The notes beneath the pieces were generated by a model. It saw nothing but the letters and a program-made list of their open reading frames with translations. It was not told where the DNA came from and did not search any database. From Candidatus Aldehydirespiratoraceae bacterium (GTDB lineage Bacteria > Actinomycetota > Acidimicrobiia > Acidimicrobiales > Aldehydirespiratoraceae), in NCBI GenBank assembly GCA_965208435.1, contig OZ242337.1, positions 384,998 through 448,997 of the forward strand: 64,000 bases of DNA. Reading direction: 5' to 3'. How positions within the stretch are numbered: the first letter of the stretch is position 1; the number at the start of each line of letters is the position of its first letter. A program made the position numbers and the translations under genes. Shown piece by piece: positions 31,416 through 39,757 of the stretch.

Positions 31416-31640
31416 ATGAACATCTACTCAATCACCTGGATGCAACTCCAGATGCTCGTCAGCTACGCCAACAAGCGCACGGGCCGCCTCGTCGGCGACC
31501 GCGGCGAGGGCGTGATCAGCACCGCCATCGCAGTGTTGATCACCGCCTTCCTCGGTGCGGCCATGTGGGTCGGTTTCAATACCATCTGGAAAGGTGCAGA
31601 AGGCACGATCACTACAGAAGTCAACAAGATCGGCAAGTAG
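31416..31640 (+). CDS. Candidate Flp/DUF4244-like pilin (atypical)
   Basis: 74 aa with strong SD AAGGAG 8 nt upstream of ATG 31416. Charged leader ...KRTGRLVGDRGEG is followed by the hydrophobic segment VISTAIAVLITAFLGAAMWVGF. Position right after tadC matches pilin genes in tad loci. Confidence 0.5.
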   Translation: MNIYSITWMQLQMLVSYANKRTGRLVGDRGEGVISTAIAVLITAFLGAAMWVGFNTIWKGAEGTITTEVNKIGK

Positions 31641-31651
31641 GGGCACGGCAG

Positions 31652-32080
31652 GTGAGCCCGCTCCAACCGTACTGTCAAGCGACAGATCGACAGCGTGGCG
31701 CCGGTCTCATCGGCACGAGCGTCGGTTTCCTGGTGTTCATGTTGATGATGCTGGCAGCGGTCCAGATCCTGTTCAACCTGTATGCGACGTCGATGGTGAC
31801 CGCCGCGGCGCATGACGCGGCCCGGGAGGTCGCCGGGTTCGACGCCGCCGCGGACCGCTGCGGGGCGGTGGCTGAGGCCGAAGCATCGTTTCTGCGGTCG
31901 CTCGGCGACTACGGCACATCGGGTCATGCGACCCTGCACTGGACCTGCAGCAACCCCGACGTCGTGAGGGTGCGCGTCGTCGCCCAACACCCCTCGGTGC
32001 TGCCGCCGCGATTGAGCGGGTTGTCCTCGTTGAGCAACCTCGACCGAACAATCGAGGTCCGAACGGAGACCCTCCGATGA
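31652..32080 (+). CDS. TadE-like pilus assembly protein
   Basis: N-terminal RGAGLIGTSVGFLVFMLMMLAAVQILFNL resembles the TadE N-terminal motif. GTG 31652 is the first plausible start. Confidence 0.6.
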   Translation: MSPLQPYCQATDRQRGAGLIGTSVGFLVFMLMMLAAVQILFNLYATSMVTAAAHDAAREVAGFDAAADRCGAVAEAEASFLRSLGDYGTSGHATLHWTCSNPDVVRVRVVAQHPSVLPPRLSGLSSLSNLDRTIEVRTETLR

Positions 32081-32625
32081 ACCGCGCGGCCCGCACACAA
32101 CCGTCCGTTGCGCCCGCACGCCGCCCACGACGAGCATCGGTGCCGCCGATGAGCCGTGCGGTCCGCAGACAACCGGCCTCGGCCCGACTTCGCGGCGACG
32201 CGGGCCAGGTCGGCGGATTCGAGGTTCTGCCCTTCGGGTTCCTGCTCTTCGTCAGCGTCACCCTGCTGTTCGTCAACGTCTGGGGGGTCATCGACGCCAA
32301 GCTGGCCGTGACCTCAGCAGCGCGCGAAGCAGCCCGGGCCTACAGCGAGTCCGACAACGAGAACAGCGCCCGCCTCGCCGCGGTCGCCCGCGCTGCCGAG
32401 ACGCTCGACGCATACGGTCGGGGCGGCGACCGCGCTTCCGTCGACGTGCCGGTTCTGCGGCAGTTCGGGCGATGCACCCGAGTGACGGTGACGGTGGGAT
32501 ACGAAGTTCCGGGGATCGTCGTCCCCTTCCTCGGCGGACTCGGAGGGCCCCGGACCGTCGAGTCGTCGTTCACCGAAGTGGTCGATCCCTATCGGGACCG
32601 CCTCGAGGGGGACGCGCGGTGTTGA
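32077..32625 (+). CDS. TadE-like pilus assembly protein (second copy)
   Basis: ATGA overlap with the previous gene. GFEVLPFGFLLFVSVTLLFVNVWGVIDAKLAVTSAAREAARA is TadE-like. Confidence 0.6.
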   Translation: MNRAARTQPSVAPARRPRRASVPPMSRAVRRQPASARLRGDAGQVGGFEVLPFGFLLFVSVTLLFVNVWGVIDAKLAVTSAAREAARAYSESDNENSARLAAVARAAETLDAYGRGGDRASVDVPVLRQFGRCTRVTVTVGYEVPGIVVPFLGGLGGPRTVESSFTEVVDPYRDRLEGDARC

Positions 32626-32647
32626 CCGGTGCCCGGACGTCCCCGCG

Positions 32648-33124
32648 ATGGCCGCAACGGCCTTACGACGCGCGATGTTGACCGATACCCCCACCGCTGC
32701 AGCGACCTCAGCGCCGAGGCTCCGTGACGGTCGGGGCACGGTGCTGCTGATGTTTCCCGCAGCGCTGATGGTCATGGTGATCCTGGGCGCCATTGTGGTC
32801 GACGTCGGTTACACCACGATCCGCGGGCGCGAACTGCGAGCGGTCGCAGCGTCCGCGGCCAACGACTCTCTGGCCGCGCTCGACATCGTGGAGTTGCGAA
32901 CCACTGGACAGACGGTGATCGACGGAGCTGCGGCGCGCCGGATCGTCGCCGAGGCGATCGCTTCAGGGCCGCTCCCCGACGCACGAATCGTCGACGTTGC
33001 GATCAATCGGTTTGAGATCGCCGTGACCCTTGCGCTCGACCTCGAACTGGTGATGGCTCCAGCGCTGGGTGACCTGACACGAGTGACGCTGGTGCGGACC
33101 GAACGAGTAGCGGTCGTCACCTAG
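32648..33124 (+). CDS. TadG/Rv3655c-like pilus biogenesis protein
   Basis: GRGTVLLMFPAALMVMVILGAIVVDVGYTTIRGRELRAVAASAANDS resembles the TadE/G-like N-terminal pattern; last gene of the tad operon. Confidence 0.55.
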   Translation: MAATALRRAMLTDTPTAAATSAPRLRDGRGTVLLMFPAALMVMVILGAIVVDVGYTTIRGRELRAVAASAANDSLAALDIVELRTTGQTVIDGAAARRIVAEAIASGPLPDARIVDVAINRFEIAVTLALDLELVMAPALGDLTRVTLVRTERVAVVT

Positions 33125-33159
33125 CGGCTCAACAATCAGAACAGCCGAGATCAGGCTCT

Positions 33160-33195
33160 GCCCAATCTCAGAAATAGGCCCAATCTCAGAAATAG
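33160..33195. repeat. Tandem 2 x 18 bp perfect repeat overlapping the cysM stop
   Basis: GCCCAATCTCAGAAATAG at 33160-33177 and 33178-33195. The second unit holds the last cysM codons (..IYF) and its stop. Confidence 0.9.
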
Positions 33196-34133
33196 ATCGT
33201 GTGCTTGGCTCTCTCGACCACCTCGTCGAGGTCGTCGGTCCACGCTCCGAGCGACAGGTACTTCCAGCCGCCGTCGGCTGCGACAGTCACGATCGTGCCC
33301 CGGTCGATCCTCTCGGCGACACGGACCGACCCCGCCATCGACGCGCCGGTGGAGATGCCGCAGAAGATTCCCAACTCAGCCAAGCGACGCGTCCACTCAA
33401 GGGACTCGCGGGGACGCACGATGCGCTTCCCGTCGAGCAGGTCCACGCCGCCCCATCGTTCGAACACCGGCGGGATATAGCCCTCGTCGAGGTTGCGGAG
33501 CCCTTCGACGAGCTCGCCGACGGGCGGCTCCACGGCCAGCACCTCGATGTCGGGATTCTGCTCCTTGAGGAAGCGGCCGACCCCCATCAGCGTGCCGCTG
33601 GTCCCCAGTCCGGCGACGAAATGGGTCACTTCGGGAACCTCGGCCCAGATCTCAGGGCCCGTCGACTCGTAGTGGGCACGCGGATTGGCCTCGTTCTCGT
33701 ACTGGTACAGGAAGACCCAATCGGGGTTCTGTTGCGCCAACCCCTGGGCACGGAGCACCGCTCCGTTGGAGCCCTCGGCTCCCGGAGAGTCAATGATCTC
33801 CGCACCGAAGAGCTCGAGCATCTGCCTTCGTTCAACCGAGGTGTTGTCCGGCATGACGATCTTCACCCGGTAGCCGCGGGTACGGGCAATCATCGCCAGG
33901 GCGATCCCGGTGTTGCCCGACGAGGGTTCGATGATGGTCGCTCCGGCAGTGAGCTTGCCGTCGGCCTCGGCGGCCAACACCATCGACCGGGCGATCCGGT
34001 CCTTTACCGAGCCACCAGGATTCTGGCCCTCGAGCTTCAGCAGGATCCTCGCCTCGGAGTTGGGGCTCAGCGCGCTGACGTCAACGATCGGCGTGTTGCC
34101 GATCATGTCGATCACCGATCCGAAGACGGTCAC
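33186..34133 (-). CDS. cysM: Cysteine synthase, CysM type (thiocarboxylate-dependent O-phosphoserine sulfhydrylase-like)
   Basis: 315 aa; PLP lysine motif GGSVKDR, SSGNTGIALAM, GLGTSGTLMG. From memory, close to mycobacterial CysM. GTGA overlap with the mec stop. Confidence 0.88.
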   Translation of the reverse strand: MTVFGSVIDMIGNTPIVDVSALSPNSEARILLKLEGQNPGGSVKDRIARSMVLAAEADGKLTAGATIIEPSSGNTGIALAMIARTRGYRVKIVMPDNTSVERRQMLELFGAEIIDSPGAEGSNGAVLRAQGLAQQNPDWVFLYQYENEANPRAHYESTGPEIWAEVPEVTHFVAGLGTSGTLMGVGRFLKEQNPDIEVLAVEPPVGELVEGLRNLDEGYIPPVFERWGGVDLLDGKRIVRPRESLEWTRRLAELGIFCGISTGASMAGSVRVAERIDRGTIVTVAADGGWKYLSLGAWTDDLDEVVERAKHTIYF

Positions 34134-34588
34134 GCGTCCGCTCCGCCGGTCAGCACCGTCACCGGTTCCTCGGTGATCCGCTCATCGGAGATCCTGTAGC
34201 AGCGCAAAGACGGGTCCGAATGCTTGAGCGAGACGATGATGAACCGCCACACACCGAACGGATCGAACCGGGCAGCGTCAGCCACATCAGTCGGCGACGG
34301 GTAGTTGGTGGTGTGAGTATGGGAGTGCATAACTCCGATCACCGCCAATCCGTCGTCGTCAGCGGCACGCTCGACTCTCAGGATCTCGGCGCCGTCGAGT
34401 TCGTAGATCCGGCTCGAACGGGCGGTGTTGGTCATAGGAAAGAACCGTTCAACACGATCACCCCCGTACTGGCCGACAAACAGACCGCAGGCCTCGTCGG
34501 GCAGCCCCGCGATCGCATGGCCGAGCATCCGGGAATGAACCGACGCGGGGATCTCCAGCACGCGCGCCAAGGGTAGCGCGACCCGCAC
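34130..34588 (-). CDS. mec: JAMM/MPN+ metalloprotease (Mec-like)
   Basis: 152 aa; EACG near the N-terminus and the JAMM motif HSHTHTTNYPSPTD. Start could be GTG 34561 instead. Confidence 0.85.
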   Translation of the reverse strand: MRVALPLARVLEIPASVHSRMLGHAIAGLPDEACGLFVGQYGGDRVERFFPMTNTARSSRIYELDGAEILRVERAADDDGLAVIGVMHSHTHTTNYPSPTDVADAARFDPFGVWRFIIVSLKHSDPSLRCYRISDERITEEPVTVLTGGADA

Positions 34589-34611
34589 TTCGCAGCATTA
34601 GCGTTGCGGGA

Positions 34612-35118
34612 ATGGCGAAGTCGAACAAACCACGCGATCTTCCCGCCGGGGCCACGGCGGTGGCCACCAACCGCGTGGCGCGCCGCGACTACACGATCCT
34701 GGACTCCCTGGAGGTCGGAATCCAACTGCACGGCAGCGAGGTCAAGTCGCTTCGTGAGAGCAGGGTGCAGTTGGCCGAGAGCTACGCCATCATCTACCGC
34801 CGCGAGCTCTGGCTCGTCGGGCTGCACATATCGGCCTACTCCCATTCCGCTGCCGCATACGCCCACGAACCCGACCGGCGACGCAAGCTGCTCGCCCATC
34901 GCCGCGAGATCGACCGTTGGGCCTCAAGGCTGGATGGCGAGAAGCTCGCGCTGGTGCCCCTGGCGCTCTATTTCGTCGGCGGACGGGCCAAGCTCAAACT
35001 GGCGCTGGCCCGTGGCCGAACCCAGGCCGACCGGCGCCAGGACATCGCCCGTCGCGACGCCGACCGCGAGGCGCAACGAGAGATGACCCGCTCCCACCGC
35101 CGCCGGTCAGACAGATGA
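34612..35118 (+). CDS. smpB: SsrA-binding protein SmpB
   Basis: 168 aa; ATNRVARRDYTILDSLEVGIQLHGSEVKSLR and RRRKLLAHRREI. Confidence 0.95.
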   Translation: MAKSNKPRDLPAGATAVATNRVARRDYTILDSLEVGIQLHGSEVKSLRESRVQLAESYAIIYRRELWLVGLHISAYSHSAAAYAHEPDRRRKLLAHRREIDRWASRLDGEKLALVPLALYFVGGRAKLKLALARGRTQADRRQDIARRDADREAQREMTRSHRRRSDR

Positions 35119-35199
35119 CAAGCGCAGCACTCCCGGGCGCGCTGACGAACAGGCGCAAAGGACCCGACGGTGAGTGCTGACGAGTCAGACGACGCCCGC

Positions 35200-37452
35200 T
35201 CACGCGTCCGGACGTGTCCGCTTTCCCCCGTGAACTGTGGGCTCACGGCACCATTGCTCCCTCAACGTATCCAACGGGCCAAGTATCGACTCGGGAAGTC
35301 CAAGCAGATCGCAAAGAACAGCCTGATCGAGTTGTTGGCGTACCTCGTCACGATGCGCCTCGTTCGCGGGGAGGAATTCACGCAACCGAAACCGCGCGAA
35401 TACCTCTGAGGCATCCGTCAGTTGTTCTCCTGACAGCGCACGACAGTCAAGCACCGGAATCTCAGCTATACGACCAACCGAGAGGAGCGACCGACCTTGC
35501 TGCTGACGCGACCCGACCCACCAGCGACCCAGCAGTCCAAGAGTAGTGTTCAACCACATCACAATCGGCAGTTCGTGTACCGCTGAGTCCACAAGACAGC
35601 TCGGCCAAGCCCTTCCCCCGATGCACTCCCTGGGTGTCAAGCAGGCACCAAGACGCTGACTGTTGAATCGGAAATCCAGGTTGATATGAACTCGCGACGC
35701 GGAACGCAACCAGACCTCCCGTCCTTGATCGGCGGTGCAGCCCGGGCGCACCTCTCCGTAAGCGTCGGGAACGACCTCCAGCCTGTCCTCCCGGCCCGAG
35801 CGGGAACTGTGTGCCCAAAGTGCCGGGTAGGAAGCGGCTTTCCACCGCTCTGTGCCCGATTGCAAGTCGTAGATCCAAAACGGTGCCGCATAAGCACCCG
35901 TGCCTCTCTCGACAGCATCTGAGGACGTCGGTTTCACACCGATTCCAGCGTTTCCTGGACCACTACGACCAAGGTCTCCCAACCTGGTGACCTGGAGCGG
36001 AAGCGGCTCGTGCCTTGGCAGCCTGAGCTTGCTGTCAAGCAACCCGAGACAGGTGTTGGCCAACTCAAGCTCGGAAAGTTGGCCATATCCTCCATCCTCC
36101 AACCGGCCCGTTCCAACTATCCCGAGGCGCTGATCGCCGATCCTGAGAACTCCTGGCAATTCACCGCTTCCGTCGCCGCTGACCCTGTGGTTCAGGATCG
36201 CAGAAGCCGCTTCAAGCGACTGAGCGACGGTCTCGGGACGATCGGCGAGCCCGACCCAAAGGACCTTGTCGTCACAGTTAGCGTTCTGGTCGCGCGCCGC
36301 GCCATCGGAACCTTGCCGCCTCACCGCGACGACAAGCACCTCGGCCATCGCCGTATCGTCCGAAAATGCTCTGTCGGTAGAACCGTGTGCCGCGATCGAC
36401 ACGATAATGATGTTGTTGTAGTACGTCGAGAGCAGTTCCCGCGCTTTGGACCAAGCACTCGATACTGTGAAAGTTGCTGGCAGGACGAACGCCACGACAC
36501 CTCCAGGTTTCACCTTGGCGTGCGCGAGATCGAGAAAATTCGAGGCTAGACCAGCGTGTCCGTGCCCAGCGGTGGGGCGTTTCCCCTGGTATTTCTCGGC
36601 AGGTTGTTTGCGCTTCGCCCGGTATATCTGGGCGAGCCGCTTACTCATCTGCTTCTGTTCCTCCTCCGAGGTCCCGAAGCCTGCGAAGGCGGGGCGCGGA
36701 ATGCCGACACGATCGCCCTCCTGCCCGACAGTGCGAGCGAAAGGAGGGTTCATGATGACAATGTCAGACGATCCATGGTCGAGAACCAGAGCATCCTTCG
36801 AATTCACAGAATGGACCGATCGGCCCGATGCTGCAGTTCTGCCAGTTCCAAACAGTGATGCCGCTTCCTTGTCCTCAATCAACTCCAGTGATCCGATTGC
36901 CGTTGCCGCGGCAGAATGGCCCGCCCCAGGGACTTGGCCGTAGGGCATCAGGTGGACATTGGTGTCACCGAAGGGAATCGAGGGATGCACAGCTGACAGC
37001 AACGAGGCGGTGACGTGCACAGCCGCAGGCATGATGTCTGCTCCGACGAGAACCTGTTCCATGAAAGTCGGGTGCAGTTCCTCATCGTCGAGGCCCCCTC
37101 GGCGCGCTCTCGCGGATAAGCGCCCGTAAACCGCTGAGAGCAGGGTGCCCGTGCCGCACGCAAGGTCGGCGACCTTCAGCTTCTTGACCACGTTGTCGTC
37201 GGCGAAGTCCACTCCGAGAAGCGCTACGGCCAGTTCAGCCAACAAGACCGCCGACGGCGGCCGCGTGTAGAATGTAGCCAGGAACTTGCGGTCCGCGATC
37301 AACCGACCGAAGAGTTGACCGGTCATTTCCTGGGTGGTTGTGACTCCGATACCGACAAGTCGTTCCGCCACTAATGGCCTCACGGGTCCGTGCTTTGCGA
37401 TCCATCCCAAGCAGCCTCCATGCCGGGTTGCGGTGCTCGCTCCGGCTACCAA
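35200..37452 (-). CDS. Stand-alone N6-adenine-type DNA methyltransferase with large C-terminal domain of unknown function
   Basis: 750 aa; FYTRPPSAV (FYTP-like), motif I ADLACGTGTLLSAV, motif IV IVIMNPPFARTV. About 400 aa C-terminal with no motif I recognise and no nuclease motif seen. Visibly lower GC than its neighbours. Confidence 0.8.
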   Translation of the reverse strand: MVAGASTATRHGGCLGWIAKHGPVRPLVAERLVGIGVTTTQEMTGQLFGRLIADRKFLATFYTRPPSAVLLAELAVALLGVDFADDNVVKKLKVADLACGTGTLLSAVYGRLSARARRGGLDDEELHPTFMEQVLVGADIMPAAVHVTASLLSAVHPSIPFGDTNVHLMPYGQVPGAGHSAAATAIGSLELIEDKEAASLFGTGRTAASGRSVHSVNSKDALVLDHGSSDIVIMNPPFARTVGQEGDRVGIPRPAFAGFGTSEEEQKQMSKRLAQIYRAKRKQPAEKYQGKRPTAGHGHAGLASNFLDLAHAKVKPGGVVAFVLPATFTVSSAWSKARELLSTYYNNIIIVSIAAHGSTDRAFSDDTAMAEVLVVAVRRQGSDGAARDQNANCDDKVLWVGLADRPETVAQSLEAASAILNHRVSGDGSGELPGVLRIGDQRLGIVGTGRLEDGGYGQLSELELANTCLGLLDSKLRLPRHEPLPLQVTRLGDLGRSGPGNAGIGVKPTSSDAVERGTGAYAAPFWIYDLQSGTERWKAASYPALWAHSSRSGREDRLEVVPDAYGEVRPGCTADQGREVWLRSASRVHINLDFRFNSQRLGACLTPRECIGGRAWPSCLVDSAVHELPIVMWLNTTLGLLGRWWVGSRQQQGRSLLSVGRIAEIPVLDCRALSGEQLTDASEVFARFRLREFLPANEAHRDEVRQQLDQAVLCDLLGLPESILGPLDTLREQWCREPTVHGGKRTRPDA

Positions 37453-37515
37453 CGAAACGTAGCGACTCCGTGTGACAATCTGGTGAATCCCGCCCGCGCA
37501 GGGAACGTTCCGCGA

Positions 37516-39036
37516 CTACCGCGGCGTTCTCACGTCGCGATGTGCAGTTCCGTCGGCGTCAGTCGAATCCGGCGGTGGGCGGCGAAGGCGTATCTGGTTG
37601 GCGACGACCTCCACCGGGTGGGTCGCCAAGGGTTCACGGGCCGGACGGCGGGTGGCCTGTCCGCTGGTGACGTCGAAGCGGCCCTGATGCATCGGGCACT
37701 CGATCTCACAGCCGACGAGCACGCCCTCTGAGAGGCGAGCCGAATGGTGGGTACAGGTGTCGTCGACTGCATAGACCGCACCGTCGTCCGTCCGGCAGAC
37801 CGCATAGCGCACTCCCCCACGCTCCACGCCCAAAACATCGCCCAACGGAACATCGTCCACGTCGCACAGGACGACCGCGGCAGTGGCGACCGCAGCCGAA
37901 TCAACCACCGCGGGATCAACACCGGCAGTGGCGACCACTGCCGGATCAACAGCGGACGAGTGCGTCGGCGGCCGGGGCTCGGTCTGCTGGTCGGTGCCGG
38001 CGGGGACGCGGTTCGGCAGCCGGTAGTCGGGGTCGGTGCGCTGGCGGCGCATCGTCGTCACGATCTCCACCATCCCGGCCCGCACTCCGGGGGTCGGCTC
38101 CGGGAGCTGATCCTTGATCTCGCTGTGCAGCGCCGGGAGCGCGTGGAACGGCACCATCGGGTACATGTGGTGCTCGATGTGGAAGTTCATGTTGCAGTAG
38201 AGCCACTGCAGCGGCCTGCTCACATACATGCTGCGGGTGGTGCGGCGATGGTCGGCTGCCTCGGTCTCGAGTCCGCCATGCTGCAGGGCCCGAAGGACGC
38301 CGTGCATCGGCTCGCCCACCACCCGGGGAAGCATCAGCATCACTGCCGGCAGCGGGGTCCACAGCACGAGACAGGATCCGATCACAGTCGCATACAGCAG
38401 CAGGAACACCCGGGCATTGCGGGCGGTGAGCGGCAAATCGTCTACCGGGACAGCCTCGCGGATCGCGTCGTTCGGACGCTTGGTTGCGAGTTGAACAAGC
38501 TCCTTGTTGTAGTTCCAGAAGTGGTTGGTGCCCAGCACCAGGTTGGCCAGGTCGCGGCGCTTGATGGGGTTGGGCAGCAGGTACTCGGCATCGGCGCCGA
38601 CGATCGAGGTGTAGGTGTGGTGCCGGGCATGGACCCAGCGCACCGTGACCGGCTCCCAGTTCTGCATCCACGAGTTCGTGTACAACAGGGCGTTGTTCAA
38701 CCAGAGCCTCCGGAACGGCGTGTAGTGGCAGGCCTCGTGGCCGGTCGCGTTGGAGAACGACCACACGAGGCAGTAGGCCCCATAGGCCGCCAGGAACCAC
38801 CACGACCCCCGGATCCACAGCAGCACCGAGACCGCTCCGAAACCGCCCAGGAGAACGAAGTATGCCGTGATGCGGCGCAACGCTTCGCCGTCGGTCCTGC
38901 GGCTGAGCCGAGTGAGGGTCTCTCTGGGGAGCGTCGCCTTGAACCACCGGTCCGACTCGGGAGGATCAGGCGCGGCTGCTGTTGGACTGATCGGGTCAGT
39001 GGACGATTGTTCCCGGTACGAGACGGTTGAGTCCAT
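37516..39036 (-). CDS. Membrane fatty-acid desaturase fused to a C-terminal Rieske [2Fe-2S] domain
   Basis: His boxes HEACH, HARHH and HIEHH; C-terminal CTHHSARL...CPMHQGRF Rieske motif. Start taken at ATG 39036 (MDSTVSY), 14 nt after the HD gene stop, not at 39177. Confidence 0.8.
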   Translation of the reverse strand: MDSTVSYREQSSTDPISPTAAAPDPPESDRWFKATLPRETLTRLSRRTDGEALRRITAYFVLLGGFGAVSVLLWIRGSWWFLAAYGAYCLVWSFSNATGHEACHYTPFRRLWLNNALLYTNSWMQNWEPVTVRWVHARHHTYTSIVGADAEYLLPNPIKRRDLANLVLGTNHFWNYNKELVQLATKRPNDAIREAVPVDDLPLTARNARVFLLLYATVIGSCLVLWTPLPAVMLMLPRVVGEPMHGVLRALQHGGLETEAADHRRTTRSMYVSRPLQWLYCNMNFHIEHHMYPMVPFHALPALHSEIKDQLPEPTPGVRAGMVEIVTTMRRQRTDPDYRLPNRVPAGTDQQTEPRPPTHSSAVDPAVVATAGVDPAVVDSAAVATAAVVLCDVDDVPLGDVLGVERGGVRYAVCRTDDGAVYAVDDTCTHHSARLSEGVLVGCEIECPMHQGRFDVTSGQATRRPAREPLATHPVEVVANQIRLRRPPPDSTDADGTAHRDVRTPR

Positions 39037-39050
39037 CACGCCGAACCGAT

Positions 39051-39620
39051 TCAATCCCAGTCCTGAGGGGTTCGGGAGAAGACCTCGTTGAGCAGCGGGA
39101 CGAAGTCTTCGACCTGAAGATCGTCGTAGTGGGGGTCGAAGCAGTTCTGGTCGTAGGACGCGCAGAAGTCGATACACCGATCGAAGTGCGGCGACTCGGA
39201 GTAGCGGTCGCGCTCATCGCGGTCACCGCCGAGGTGGTGAAAGTAGTAGTAGCCCTGGAACAGCCCGTGGTGGCGCACCACCCAGGCGGTCTCTTCGCTC
39301 ACGAAGGGAGTGAGGATCGCCGCTGCCACTTCGCTGTGGTTCGCCGGAGCGAGCACATCGCCGATGTCGTGGAGCAGGGCTGCAGCCACGAACTCGTCGG
39401 GTTCTCCGTTGCGCAGCGCCCGGGTGGCGGACTGGCGGCTGTGGCGCTCCCGGTCGATCTGATACCCGAGCGTGGGACCCTCGAGCAGACTGAGTGTGGC
39501 CAGCAGATGCTCGACGAGCGTCTCTGCAGCGTGGTCATGGTACAGCTTCTCGAGCCGGCGGTAGTCCTCTGCGGTTCCGTCAGCCATCTCCGTCCAGTCA
39601 ACGGTGAATGCCTCGGCCAT
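39051..39620 (-). CDS. HD-domain protein (possibly MIOX/PhnZ-like diiron oxygenase type)
   Basis: 189 aa; LLHDIGDVLAPANH HD motif and further His residues (VVRHHGLFQGYYYFHH). The oxygenase assignment is an inference only. Confidence 0.65.
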   Translation of the reverse strand: MAEAFTVDWTEMADGTAEDYRRLEKLYHDHAAETLVEHLLATLSLLEGPTLGYQIDRERHSRQSATRALRNGEPDEFVAAALLHDIGDVLAPANHSEVAAAILTPFVSEETAWVVRHHGLFQGYYYFHHLGGDRDERDRYSESPHFDRCIDFCASYDQNCFDPHYDDLQVEDFVPLLNEVFSRTPQDWD

Positions 39621-39730
39621 TGATCCTCATCCTCTCTGTGAATGAAGGCCCGCGCGGTGTGCCTGTCTGTCCATTCAAGCCGAGGCGGAGTCGCTTCGGA
39701 AGGAACCAACATATGTAATTTCTTGGATCT

Positions 39731-39751
39731 ATCATTAGCAATGCTTATGAT
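39731..39751. promoter_or_regulatory. LysR-type T-N11-A box (ATCAT-N11-ATGAT)
   Basis: ATCATTAGCAATGCTTATGAT in the AT-rich divergent spacer, 7 nt upstream of the LysR start codon. Confidence 0.4.
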
Positions 39752-39757
39752 TCAATA

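Noticed and set aside
35170-35409. 79-aa + strand ORF after smpB
   Set aside because: Overlaps the 3' end of the 750-aa methyltransferase on the opposite strand and has no start context or recognisable features.
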